Virus record (IMG/VR): IMGVR_UViG_3300028603_000036
Source: an uncultured virus (IMG/VR IMGVR_UViG_3300028603_000036)
Taxonomy: Duplodnaviria; Heunggongvirae; Uroviricota; Caudoviricetes
Direction: 5' to 3' (one strand)
Length of the DNA stretch: 64,000 nucleotides
Shown here: one piece after another, positions 1 to 8,916 of the stretch
Numbering within the stretch: the first letter of the stretch is position 1
Layout of the letters: every line of letters starts with the position of its first letter
Notes under the pieces: generated by a model
The model's database searches: none
The model's input: only the letters and a program-made list of their open reading frames with translations
Told to the model about the DNA's origin: nothing
Translations under genes and position numbers: made by a program

Positions 1-242
1 GCATGACGGCTAAGGCTGGCCTGAATGTTCCTGCTATCGCCAAGGCGTTGGGACTGTATCCGGCTGTGCCTGAAACGATGAAAAGTGAAAGCGCCTATAT
101 GCGCAACTATGGCGAGCGCGTCCCGTTTCGTGGCGGCAACTGGAGCTTCGGCGCGGTTGCCGGGGTGTTCGCCGTCAACTTGAACTACTCCCGTTCGAAC
201 GCGCTTTCGATCATCGGCGGTCGGCCCGCTTTTGTGATCTGA
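1..242 (+). CDS. DGR1 target protein, C-terminal fragment (CLec-fold; probable tail fibre/receptor-binding protein), truncated by window start
   Basis: Ends ...RGGNWSFGAVAGVFAVNLNYSRSNALSIIGGRPAFVI, a typical CLec VR end; contains VR1. The tail-fibre role is inferred from position. Confidence 0.9.
   Translation, partial: MTAKAGLNVPAIAKALGLYPAVPETMKSESAYMRNYGERVPFRGGNWSFGAVAGVFAVNLNYSRSNALSIIGGRPAFVI
114..230 (+). repeat. DGR1 variable repeat (VR1)
   Basis: 117-bp ungapped match to 1001-1117; 11 mismatches, all opposite TR adenines. Confidence 0.97.
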
Positions 243-264
243 AATCTGGCGCGTGGAATCTGAA

Positions 265-286
265 GGGGAGGGCGGTAGCCCGCCCC
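265..286 (+). promoter_or_regulatory. DGR1 post-VR hairpin with GGTA (GRNA) loop
   Basis: GGGGAGGGC-GGTA-GCCCGCCCC, 9-bp stem with one mismatch, just downstream of VR1. Confidence 0.75.
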
Positions 287-312
287 ATCACAACTTTCAG
301 GAGTCTTTTGAA

Positions 313-612
313 ATGAACATCACACGCTTGGAGCATTCTGTCATCACGCTTTTTGTTCAGGCGCTTTTCGGCTTGCTCTTCGACAACTGGGTGATCGGTG
401 CCGTGCTGGCCGTTTGCTTCTGGCTAGGCCGGGAGCATGCCCAGGCTGAATATCGCTGGATGCGCCTGTTCGGCAACGGCACCCGCGCCAGCATGCCGTG
501 GTACGGCGGTTTTGACCCCAAGGCATGGGATAAGGATGGGCTGTTTGATTGGCTGGTGCCGATTGTGGCGGCCATCGTTCTTTATGTGGTTGTGAAGGTA
601 ATCGGAGTCTGA
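313..612 (+). CDS. small membrane protein of phage tail regions
   Basis: RBS CAGGAG then ATG at 313; hydrophobic segments; REHAQAEYRW motif. Confidence 0.7.
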   Translation: MNITRLEHSVITLFVQALFGLLFDNWVIGAVLAVCFWLGREHAQAEYRWMRLFGNGTRASMPWYGGFDPKAWDKDGLFDWLVPIVAAIVLYVVVKVIGV

Positions 613-613
613 T

Positions 614-988
614 TTGTCGGAGCAAGTGCAGAAGAATGATTTGCTGATTCGTCAGAAGTGCGAAGCGATGATCGTGTACGGACAGACGGCGGTTCGGCAT
701 TTCCCAAAAATGGAACGGCACGTACTTGGTGCGGAGATTCGCAGAAGCATGTGGTCGCTGCTGCGGCTGATTGTGATCTGCAATAAGCGCTACCACAAGA
801 AAACGACCCTTCAGGATTTGGATGCAGAGCTGGACTTGCTTCGATCACAGATTCGGATTGCAAAGAGTCTTGGCTATCTGGATTTCAAGAAATATGAAAC
901 CTGGGCCAAATTGAATGACGAGATTGGCCGCATGGTAGGCGGCTGGGTCAAGTCCATTGCCGGTGACGGTAATGGGGGTGTCCGTTGA
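614..988 (+). CDS. avd: DGR accessory variability determinant Avd (copy 1)
   Basis: 124 aa; FPKMERHVLGAEIR, LQDLDAELDLLR, EIGRMVGGW motifs; directly upstream of TR1. Confidence 0.93.
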   Translation: MSEQVQKNDLLIRQKCEAMIVYGQTAVRHFPKMERHVLGAEIRRSMWSLLRLIVICNKRYHKKTTLQDLDAELDLLRSQIRIAKSLGYLDFKKYETWAKLNDEIGRMVGGWVKSIAGDGNGGVR

Positions 989-1000
989 AAACGACTGTCG

Positions 1001-1117
1001 GAGCGCGTCCCGTATCGTGGCGGCAACTGGAACAACGGCGCGAATGCCGGGGTGTTCGCCGTCAACTTGAACAACTCCCGTTCGAACGCGAATACGAACA
1101 TCGGCGGTCGGCCCGCT
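1001..1117 (+). repeat. DGR1 template repeat (TR1)
   Basis: Between avd and RT; 10 AAY codons in VR frame; differs from VR1 only at adenines. Confidence 0.97.
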
Positions 1118-1292
1118 CTTGGGGAAAGTCAGAAGCGCCAGGCTCACGGGCCTGACGACAGTACACCCCTCAAAAGGACGGACATCCCCCGGCATCAGGT
1201 TTCTGGAGCCGAAAGATTAAACAGGCGGCCCGAGACAGTAGCTTTGAAAGCGACCCCTCGCAGCCGCCGCCCTTCGGGGTTTGGTTGGTGCA

Positions 1293-2357
1293 ATGGCAAA
1301 GACGTATAACGGTATCTATCCAAATGTTTACAGTTTTGAAGCACTCCACGCGGCATACATCCGCGCCCGGCGCAACAAGCGCGACAGGCGGGAAGTGCAG
1401 CGGTTTGAGCAGGATCTAGAAGGCAATCTGATTCAGCTTCAAAATGAGCTGATCTGGGGCATGTACAAAACCGGGCGGTATCGCACCTTTGAGGTGTACG
1501 AGCCGAAGCAGCGAACGGTGGCCGCGCTTCCGTTCCGTGACCGGGTTGTTCAGCATGCGCTGGTGGCGGCCATCGAGCCGATATGGGAGCGGCGCTTTAT
1601 TCACGACAGCTATGCTTGTCGGCCAGGCCGGGGAACCCATAGGGGTGCTGATCGCGCCCAGGCGATGCTACGGAAGGTGAAGCGCCAGCATGGCCGTGTG
1701 TATGTCCTGAAAGCGGACATCGCCAAATATTTCTATTCCATCGACCATGGCGTACTGAAGGCGCTGCTTCGCAAGCGCATCCGATGCAAGCAGACGCTGG
1801 CCTTGCTCGACAGCATTATTGATTCCACTGCTGACCCAGGCGACCCGCATCCGGTTGGCTTGCCTATTGGAAACCTGACATCGCAGCTTTTCGCAAACCT
1901 TTACCTGCACGAGCTGGATGAGTTCGTAAAGCATGAGCTGCGGGAAAAGCACTACATCCGGTACATGGACGATTTCATGATTGCCAGCCACGACAAAGCG
2001 CACCTGCATGAAGTGCGCGCCATCATCGAGCGGTTCCTGTGGGAGCGGCTGCGGCTGAAAACCAACGCGAAAACGCAGGTGTTCCCTGTGGGTGAGCGCA
2101 ATGGCCGTGCGCTCGATTTCCTGGGCTACAGGATATGGACGACGCACCGGCGCATCAGGAAGAGTTCAATTTCCAGGATTTCGCGCACGCTCAAGCATCT
2201 GCGAAAGCGGTACGCCGCCGGGAAGGTGGAGCTGTCAAAAATCAAGGAATCCGTGATGTCGTGGATTGCCCATGCGAGCCACGCTGAAACCTTCGGCCTG
2301 CGGAACAAGCTGCTGGGCAGTATCCCGTTTTCCCGTGGGGAGGGGCCGGAGCCGTGA
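1293..2357 (+). CDS. DGR reverse transcriptase 1
   Basis: RDRVVQHAL, GLPIGNLTSQ, YIRYMDD; about 354 aa with no maturase or nuclease extension. Confidence 0.96.
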   Translation: MAKTYNGIYPNVYSFEALHAAYIRARRNKRDRREVQRFEQDLEGNLIQLQNELIWGMYKTGRYRTFEVYEPKQRTVAALPFRDRVVQHALVAAIEPIWERRFIHDSYACRPGRGTHRGADRAQAMLRKVKRQHGRVYVLKADIAKYFYSIDHGVLKALLRKRIRCKQTLALLDSIIDSTADPGDPHPVGLPIGNLTSQLFANLYLHELDEFVKHELREKHYIRYMDDFMIASHDKAHLHEVRAIIERFLWERLRLKTNAKTQVFPVGERNGRALDFLGYRIWTTHRRIRKSSISRISRTLKHLRKRYAAGKVELSKIKESVMSWIAHASHAETFGLRNKLLGSIPFSRGEGPEP

Positions 2358-2704
2358 GCAACGCCCACCTTGTCCTGATGACGAAGCTCGAAGAGCTGGA
2401 CGCATACACGCATACCGTTCTGCACCAGTTCCCCAGGATAGAGCGTCACCTGTTGAGCGCCGAAATGCGCGGCACGATGAACCGCGTCATGCGCCAGGTG
2501 GTGGTGGCTTGGAAACGCAAGCAAAAGTCCGGTGCGCTGTTTGACCTGGACGTGGAGATTGAGGTGTTTCGCGGTCTCATCAGAAAGGCTCACCGCCTGG
2601 GCTACATCAATACCCATCGGCTTGAGGTGTGGATGCGGCACACGAACGAGATAGGCCGGATGGTGGGCGCTTGGATTAAGAGCGAAGGGGGTAAGGCCAT
2701 GTAG
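2354..2704 (+). CDS. avd: DGR accessory variability determinant Avd (copy 2)
   Basis: FPRIERHLLSAEMR, LFDLDVEIE, EIGRMVGAW; GTGA overlap with the RT1 stop. Confidence 0.92.
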   Translation: MSNAHLVLMTKLEELDAYTHTVLHQFPRIERHLLSAEMRGTMNRVMRQVVVAWKRKQKSGALFDLDVEIEVFRGLIRKAHRLGYINTHRLEVWMRHTNEIGRMVGAWIKSEGGKAM

Positions 2705-2742
2705 CAGGGTGCTTACACCAGAAAGCGGGCATGAGCTTATAC

Positions 2743-2844
2743 CGGCGGCAATTGGGGCAACGGCGAGAACGCTGGCCTCTTCCATCTCAACGTCAACAAC
2801 GGCGCGGAGATCTCCAACTCCAATCTCGGGGGTCGTCTCGCAAA
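2743..2844 (+). repeat. DGR2 template repeat (TR2)
   Basis: 8 AAY codons; 102-bp match to reverse complement of 16822-16923, mismatches only at adenines. Confidence 0.97.
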
Positions 2845-3007
2845 CGATTTCGCCAGAAGGCGGGCGGCTCATGGGCCGCCGTCCAGTGCAATTCCTTTGG
2901 GGCTTGTGTCCTGACCATGCTGTCAAAGATGAATAGGGCGCCACGGCCAGTATCCGGTAAGCCGGTGAACGTGGTGGCGCCCGTCCACCTCCCCCAACAG
3001 GATTCCC

Positions 3008-4090
3008 ATGCCAAAGACCATCAGCGGACTGTGGCCGCAAGTCGTCGCGTTCGACAACCTGCATCAAGCATACCTTCTGGCCCGCCGCACGAAGCGGTAC
3101 AGGGCAGACGTACTGCAATTCTCTGAAAACCTCGAAGAAAACCTGTTCCATATTCAGGCCGCCCTGGAAGGCAGGATTTGGCGGCCAGGCCCGCAGCACG
3201 AATTTGTCGTGCGGGAGCCGAAGCTGCGCGCCATCCAAGCGCCGCCGTTCGCTGATCGCGTGGTGCATCACGCCCTGGTGGGCGTCGTCGGCCCGCATTT
3301 TGAGCGCCGGTTCATTTCCGATTCATACGCCTGCCGCCAGGGTAAGGGAACCCAGCGCGCGGTCGCGCGTGTGCAGCACTTCCTGCGGGCAGCCAAGCGC
3401 AACCATGGCGACGGGATCTACGTCATGCAGGCCGACATCAGCAGGTATTTCGCCAGCATCCGGCATGACGTGCTCATGCGTGAGGCCGCGCGCGTCATTT
3501 CCGACCCGGACGTGCTTTGGTTGTGGCGGCGCATTGTGGCGGGCTACGGCCACGAGAACGGCGTGGGCCTGCCGGTAGGCGCGCTGACCAGCCAGCTCGG
3601 TGCGAACATCGTTCTGAACAGGCTCGATCACGTCGCCAAAGATGATATGGGCCTGCGGCACTACGTCCGTTACATGGACGACTTTATTGCCGTTTTGCCT
3701 ACCAAGCATGCAGCCCAAGAGGTTATGCAGGTGATGGAGGCGGTGGTGGGCGATCTGGGCTTGCATCTGAATCCGAAGACGGCTGTTCATCCGTGGCAGC
3801 GTGGCGTGGACTTTTGCGGATACAGAATCTGGCCCACGCATATCCTGCCGCGCAAGAGAAATATCAAGCGGGCGCGCGCGGACTTCCGAGAGCTGGCAAG
3901 CCAGTTCTATCACGGAGAGGTTGGGCTGGAGCACGTTCGTCAGAGAGTGGCGTCGTTCTTGGCGTATGCGAAACACTGCAACGCGCAGCGCACAGTGGAG
4001 GGCGTTCTGGGCGACTTGGTGCTTGTGCCTGGCTTACGTGGTATTGTTGCCGCAAATGCAGGAAATAACAGGCAATTTGTATCAAGATAA
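3008..4090 (+). CDS. DGR reverse transcriptase 2
   Basis: ADRVVHHAL, GLPVGALTSQ, YVRYMDD; 360 aa. Confidence 0.96.
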   Translation: MPKTISGLWPQVVAFDNLHQAYLLARRTKRYRADVLQFSENLEENLFHIQAALEGRIWRPGPQHEFVVREPKLRAIQAPPFADRVVHHALVGVVGPHFERRFISDSYACRQGKGTQRAVARVQHFLRAAKRNHGDGIYVMQADISRYFASIRHDVLMREAARVISDPDVLWLWRRIVAGYGHENGVGLPVGALTSQLGANIVLNRLDHVAKDDMGLRHYVRYMDDFIAVLPTKHAAQEVMQVMEAVVGDLGLHLNPKTAVHPWQRGVDFCGYRIWPTHILPRKRNIKRARADFRELASQFYHGEVGLEHVRQRVASFLAYAKHCNAQRTVEGVLGDLVLVPGLRGIVAANAGNNRQFVSR

Positions 4091-4092
4091 TA

Positions 4093-4469
4093 TGATGGTA
4101 CGTGTGCTGGTACGAATCCCGCAGAGAGCGATAAAACCCTTATAAATCAAGCCACTACAAAGCAGGAAACAATAGAGTGGGAGTGATTTTATAACGCGCA
4201 ACGTCGCGCAACAACAAGCAAGAAACAAGCATAAAGCCCTGATTCGTCAGGGTTTTTTGCTTTATGGCCCGGCATCGTCTGGCAATGGCGGGCGGTAACA
4301 AGCAGTAGAAAATGATGGCATTTTTGATGGTACGGTTCATCCCCGTACCATCATTGAACGGCTCGTACCATCACGGCTTTTCAGGTTGGATGATGGTATC
4401 AAAATTCGATAAGCGTTTGATTATTAACGAGAAAACGGGCAAAAAATACCCTTTTTCAATGATGGTATC
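4093..4469. mobile_element. attP-like region: guaA 3'-end core flanked by arm-type repeats
   Basis: ACAATAGAGTGGGAGTGA (TIEWE*) at 4169-4186; eight TGATGGTA-like repeats at 4093, 4105, 4313, 4325, 4344(inv), 4364(inv), 4391, 4460. Confidence 0.85.
4234..4258 (+). terminator. intrinsic terminator after the att core
   Basis: AAGCCCTGA-TTCG-TCAGGG followed by a T run. Confidence 0.75.
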
Positions 4470-4487
4470 AAGTCGAGGAAAAGAGCC

Positions 4488-5735
4488 ATGCTTACTGACG
4501 CAAAGCTGCGGTCGCTGAAACCGCAAGAGAAGCCCTACAAGGTCGTTGATCGTGATGGGCTGTACATCATGGTGCTGTCGAGCGGCAGCATTTCGTTTCG
4601 CTACAACTACCGGATCAACGGGCGACAAGAAACGCTGGTGCTGGGCAAGTACGGGGCGGCTGGGGGATGTATCTCGCTGTCCGAGGCGCGAGAGCTGCTG
4701 ACGAAGGCAAAGAAGACCCTGGCGGCTGGAACGTCTCCTGCGAGACAGAAGGCCAGGGTGAAGCAGCGGATGGGGGAAATGGGGACGTTTGGCGCATGGG
4801 CCAAGAGGTGGCTCGAAGAGTACGCGATGGCCGAATCGACCAGGGATATGCGGCGCTCGGTGTATCTGCGTGAGCTGGAGCCGAAGTTCGGCAGGCTGAA
4901 AATGCCAGAAATCACGCCGGAGGATATTCGCATTCTTTGCGGTGAGATTGTTGATCGTGGCGCCCCGGCTACGGCGGTTCACGTCAGGGAGATTGTCATG
5001 CTGGTGTTCCGGTTCGCCATTGAGCGCGGCTACAGCGGCAAGAACCCGGCCACGGAAATCAGGCCGTCGTCCATTGCCACGTTCGCGCCGCGCAGCCGGT
5101 CGCTTTCGCCGGAAGAGGTGGGGATGATGTGCAGATACCTTGACCGCGTGGCCGCTGGGCCGCAGTTCAAGGTGGCGACAAGGCTGTTGCTGCTGACCAT
5201 GGTTCGCAAGAGCGAGCTGACCAAGGCCACCTGGTCGGAAATCAGCTTCACGAATGCGCTCTGGACGATACCGGGCGAGCGCATGAAACGACGCAACCCG
5301 CACGTCGTCTACCTGTCCAAGCAGGCGCTTGAATACTTCGTGGCGCTGAAGACCTTCGCGGGCGGCTCCGAATACGTGCTGCCGTCACGCTATGACACGG
5401 ATACGCCAATGAGCAGCGCAACGCTCAATCGGGTGCTGACGCAGGTCTACGAGCTGGCCCAGAAGGATGGGCAGCCGCTCGGGAAGTTTGGGCCGCACGA
5501 CTTGCGCCGCACGGCCAGCACCCTGCTGCATGAGGCCGGGTACAACACCGATTGGATAGAAAAGTGCCTGGCGCATGAGCAAAAGGGTGTCCGCGCCGTC
5601 TACAACAAGGCGGAGTACCGCGAGCAGCGCACGGCCATGTTGCAGGACTGGGCGGACATGATCGACCGATGGGAGGCTACGCCGGTTGATGAGACGGTTC
5701 AGCGTTCCTATGAAACGGCGCTGCTTGTTGAATAG
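4488..5735 (+). CDS. int: P4-family tyrosine integrase
   Basis: MLTDAKLRSLKP..DRDGLY arm-binding N-terminus; catalytic R (VRKSE), HDLRR, LAH, Y (RAVYN). Confidence 0.95.
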   Translation: MLTDAKLRSLKPQEKPYKVVDRDGLYIMVLSSGSISFRYNYRINGRQETLVLGKYGAAGGCISLSEARELLTKAKKTLAAGTSPARQKARVKQRMGEMGTFGAWAKRWLEEYAMAESTRDMRRSVYLRELEPKFGRLKMPEITPEDIRILCGEIVDRGAPATAVHVREIVMLVFRFAIERGYSGKNPATEIRPSSIATFAPRSRSLSPEEVGMMCRYLDRVAAGPQFKVATRLLLLTMVRKSELTKATWSEISFTNALWTIPGERMKRRNPHVVYLSKQALEYFVALKTFAGGSEYVLPSRYDTDTPMSSATLNRVLTQVYELAQKDGQPLGKFGPHDLRRTASTLLHEAGYNTDWIEKCLAHEQKGVRAVYNKAEYREQRTAMLQDWADMIDRWEATPVDETVQRSYETALLVE

Positions 5736-5955
5736 CGGCGGCGCGCCGCTCTTCTATCCACCTTTCCACCTCATGTAAATCCCACGCAACAAGGCGCGTG
5801 GTTATCGAAAAGCGGCGGGGAAACTCGCCGCGCTTTTCCATGTCGAGGATGGTGCGGTCGGATAGCGGCACCATTTCCAGAAGCTGTTTTCGGTTGATGA
5901 GTTTTGTGCCGGGCGCCTTAATGGCGGCGTCGGCGGTAGTTTCGCTTGTCGTCAT
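5677..5955 (-). CDS. alpA: AlpA-family regulator / excisionase
   Basis: KLINRKQLLEMVPLSDRTILDMEKRGEFPRRF..VAWDLHEVERW; converges on and overlaps the end of int. Confidence 0.88.
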   Translation of the reverse strand: MTTSETTADAAIKAPGTKLINRKQLLEMVPLSDRTILDMEKRGEFPRRFSITTRLVAWDLHEVERWIEERRAAAIQQAAPFHRNAEPSHQPA

Positions 5956-6034
5956 CTTCAAGTCCTTGTATATGCAAAAGCGCCAGCCTCTATGATTGCC
6001 GTTTGGCAAGGGCTGGCAGCATGGGAATTTCCGA

Positions 6035-8035
6035 TCAAGCCCGGCGCTGCATAAAGGCCGCTTCGTGGGCGAAGTTGGCGCGTACAAGCGCCTCGGCCTG
6101 GGCAGGAGCCACGCTGTTGCCGCACATGCGTACCTGCGCGGTGATCGTGAGCGGTATGCGGGGAATCTGGCGTGGGTCGCCTGGAACCTGCACCCCGTCC
6201 TTGAACAGTAGCCGGGGGTCTGGTATCTCATGGATGATGTAATCATCCGGGAACGACTGGGCGCGATATAGCTCCCTTGGCTTGAGCATCCGCAGCGTGA
6301 TGTCCACCAGCACCCACCAGGTTTCGCCGTACTCCATGAGCACCATTTCGGCTTCTCCAGAGAAGTGCTCTGGCAGGTGCTCTTGCAGCAGGGCGGCACA
6401 AGCCTTGGCCTTGCGCCGGTGCTCTGGGGTAAGTGCTTCCGCTGGCACCTGGACGCTGGAAACCAGGCCCATGCGCGCCTTGGTCGGGATGGTGTGCATG
6501 GATTCATCAAGCGCCTGCCACTGGCCGCCGGAGCCGTAGTATTTCACCAGGTAGGCCGTGACCATGCGCTGATTGCTGCCGGTGGCGGTGATCGTAGACA
6601 GCGGGGCGTCTGCTGGCCGACCGTCGCCATCGTAGAACCCGCCGTTGGCCTGTTCAAAGAACGTCGTTACCAGGGCGCTCGGTACGCTGCTGGCCGTCAC
6701 GGAATTAAGCGGCGTCTCGATGTGGCGTATGCCGTTGCTCCACCGCCGCGCGCCGGTGGAGCATGATTCGCCATGGCCCATGTCAACCAGCGTACCGGCC
6801 ACCAGGGCTTGCTTGATGCCTCCGGCGACCACTGTTCCAAGCGGTGCCTCCAGGTCGTGGGTGCGCGGGCGCTGTCCGCTCCTTTCGCCGTAGCCGATAG
6901 TGACCAGGTGCGCCCCGACGGCAGCATGGTGAATGCCACCGGCGGATATAGTGGAAAGAGGGCGCTCTACGCTATGCCCGCCAAGCTGATCTTCCTTGGT
7001 TCCGCGCATCGGGGCCAGGACGGGCATCACCACGGCCCGGTGATTCTCTGTCGTCAGGGTTCCGAACGGCTTGTCTGCTGCAACTGGCTTGCCAGAGTAG
7101 GCCGGGCCGCCCGCGCCGGTCAGGAACGGCGTCAGAACCGGCTCCCCCAGCATGTGGTGATTTCCGGTCGTGACGGTCGGCAGTGGATCTTCAATTCCTG
7201 CGCCTGGGTGGCCGCTGGTGTTGGTGACGATAAAGGGCGCGTCACTGGTGAGGACATGCCGCCAAAGCCCCTTGGCGACGCGCCGCTGGGTGTTGGTGGC
7301 AAGCGCCTTCTTTCTGTCGAAGATGCTTTGCGCGGGCAGGCCGAAGTCGATGCACTCGGCAGCCGTTCGATACGGTGCCAGCATGCCAGCCAGGACTTCA
7401 CGGGAAGCCGGTTCGCCGTGGGTGGCCTCGGGGAAGATGATGGGCAGCCCGTCGCGCCGGGCAACCAGGAACAGGCGCTTGCGAATCGTGGGTGCGCCGT
7501 TATCGCAGGCCCGAAGCTCTTTCCAGTCCACGGTGTAGCCGTGCTGCCGGAGCTGTCGAACGAAGGATTCAAACGTCCGCCCCTTGCGGGCCGGGCAGGG
7601 GCGCATGCTGCCATCGCTTCCTACGACTACCGGCCCCCAGGTCTGGAACTCTTCCACGTTCTCCAGCATGAGTACGCGCGGCTTGGTGAGAGCTATCCAC
7701 CGCATTCCAACCCAAGCAAGCCCACGGATATGCTTCGATACCGGGGTGCCGCCCTTGGCCTTTGAGAAATGCTTGCAGTCCGGGGAGAGCCACACCAGGC
7801 CCACCGGCTGGCTGTTCGTTACCTTGATCGGGTCAACATCCCACACGCTTTCGCACAGGTGCTTGGTGTGCGGGTGGTTGAGGGCGTGCATGGCAAGGGC
7901 TTCGGGATCGTGGTTGATGGCAATATCTACCGGGCGTCCGAAAGCCGCCTCCAGGCCGGTCGAGGTTCCACCCCCACCGGCGAAGTTGTCGATGATGAGT
8001 TCGCCATGGAACGGCAAGGCAAGTTGCGGGCGCAT
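6035..8035 (-). CDS. C5 DNA cytosine methyltransferase
   Basis: DNFAGGGG, SPDCKHFS, LENVEEF, RKRLF, MCGNSV motifs. Confidence 0.93.
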   Translation of the reverse strand: MRPQLALPFHGELIIDNFAGGGGTSTGLEAAFGRPVDIAINHDPEALAMHALNHPHTKHLCESVWDVDPIKVTNSQPVGLVWLSPDCKHFSKAKGGTPVSKHIRGLAWVGMRWIALTKPRVLMLENVEEFQTWGPVVVGSDGSMRPCPARKGRTFESFVRQLRQHGYTVDWKELRACDNGAPTIRKRLFLVARRDGLPIIFPEATHGEPASREVLAGMLAPYRTAAECIDFGLPAQSIFDRKKALATNTQRRVAKGLWRHVLTSDAPFIVTNTSGHPGAGIEDPLPTVTTGNHHMLGEPVLTPFLTGAGGPAYSGKPVAADKPFGTLTTENHRAVVMPVLAPMRGTKEDQLGGHSVERPLSTISAGGIHHAAVGAHLVTIGYGERSGQRPRTHDLEAPLGTVVAGGIKQALVAGTLVDMGHGESCSTGARRWSNGIRHIETPLNSVTASSVPSALVTTFFEQANGGFYDGDGRPADAPLSTITATGSNQRMVTAYLVKYYGSGGQWQALDESMHTIPTKARMGLVSSVQVPAEALTPEHRRKAKACAALLQEHLPEHFSGEAEMVLMEYGETWWVLVDITLRMLKPRELYRAQSFPDDYIIHEIPDPRLLFKDGVQVPGDPRQIPRIPLTITAQVRMCGNSVAPAQAEALVRANFAHEAAFMQRRA

Positions 8036-8141
8036 CGGATGATTTCCTCAAAAAAATAGGGCGCTCGATGGCGCCCTGGGTGTATTCGTGGTGAGAAAGG
8101 CCGTGGTCGGCCTGCACGTTGGTAAAGCGGTCGTGCTCCGC

Positions 8142-8654
8142 TCAATCAAAAGGGATGTCGTCGTCCATGTCGGCAAGACTGGTTGCCGGTGGCGCTGGCG
8201 GTCGTTGCGCGGGAGCTGCGCTGCGCGCGGGCGGAGCCTGTCGTGCTGGGGGCTGCCGTCGTTGGGCGCCGCCGTCGCCTTGGTAGTGGCCGCCGTTACT
8301 GCCGCCGTCGCCGTCGCGCCCGCCGCCCAGCATCTGCATCTGTTCGGCCACGATGTCCGTGGAGTAGCGATCTTGCCCGGTTTCCTTGTCCTGCCACTTG
8401 CGCGTTTTCAGGCGGCCCTCGATGTAGACCGAACGGCCTTTGCGCAGGTATTCGCCCGCAATCTCGGCCAGGCGGTTATAGAAAACGACGCGGTGCCATT
8501 CGGTGTCTTCGCGGCGTTCGCCGGTGTTGCGGTCTTTCCATTGCGACGTGGTGGCAATGGATATGTTGCAGATTGCGCTGCCGTCCGGCGTGTAGCGCAC
8601 CTCCGGGTCGCGCCCAAGGTTGCCAACCAGTATCACCTTGTTGACTGAAGCCAT
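8142..8654 (-). CDS. ssb: single-stranded DNA-binding protein
   Basis: [29 protein letters not shown]-terminal DDDIPF. Confidence 0.96.
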   Translation of the reverse strand: MASVNKVILVGNLGRDPEVRYTPDGSAICNISIATTSQWKDRNTGERREDTEWHRVVFYNRLAEIAGEYLRKGRSVYIEGRLKTRKWQDKETGQDRYSTDIVAEQMQMLGGGRDGDGGSNGGHYQGDGGAQRRQPPARQAPPARSAAPAQRPPAPPATSLADMDDDIPFD

Positions 8655-8682
8655 ATTGATTCCTTCTTGTGTTGGTGGCCCG

Positions 8683-8916
8683 TCAGTGCGCGCGCTGGCG
8701 GCGCACGACCTCGGCGGCCAGTTGCCTTGCGGCCCCGTCAATCGGTAGCCGCCCTGTGTCCATCATTCCGTTGCGCCAGCCGTGCCAGTAGGACTTGCTC
8801 TTGTCGCTGCCAGGCTCGGGTGCGCCGCCAAGGCCCGCCCGGTATCCTGCAACGCACTCGTCGTCATCCAGAAACGCCAGCTCTGCGGCGGTGGAAAGCG
8901 GGCTGTATTCACTCAT
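8683..8916 (-). CDS. small protein with Rmf/CrpP-like motif
   Basis: [18 protein letters not shown]. Confidence 0.55.
   Translation of the reverse strand: MSEYSPLSTAAELAFLDDDECVAGYRAGLGGAPEPGSDKSKSYWHGWRNGMMDTGRLPIDGAARQLAAEVVRRQRAH

Noticed and set aside
1052..1309. ORFs over TR1 (1052-1309) and TR2 (2709-2936, 2731-3126)
   Set aside because: They reflect the open frame of the template repeats or chance; TRs act as RNA.
1001..2844. TR1 acting on VR2 or TR2 on VR1
   Set aside because: They share only short CLec-coding motifs (GGCGGCAAYTGG) and differ at many non-adenine positions.
1293..4090. RTs as group II intron, retron or Abi-type enzymes
   Set aside because: Short length, GxxxSQ motif, adjacent avd genes and TR/VR pairs with adenine-only changes identify both as DGR RTs.
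4093..4469. TGATGGTA repeats as a CRISPR array
   Set aside because: Too short, irregularly spaced, in both orientations, no cas genes; they fit integrase arm sites.
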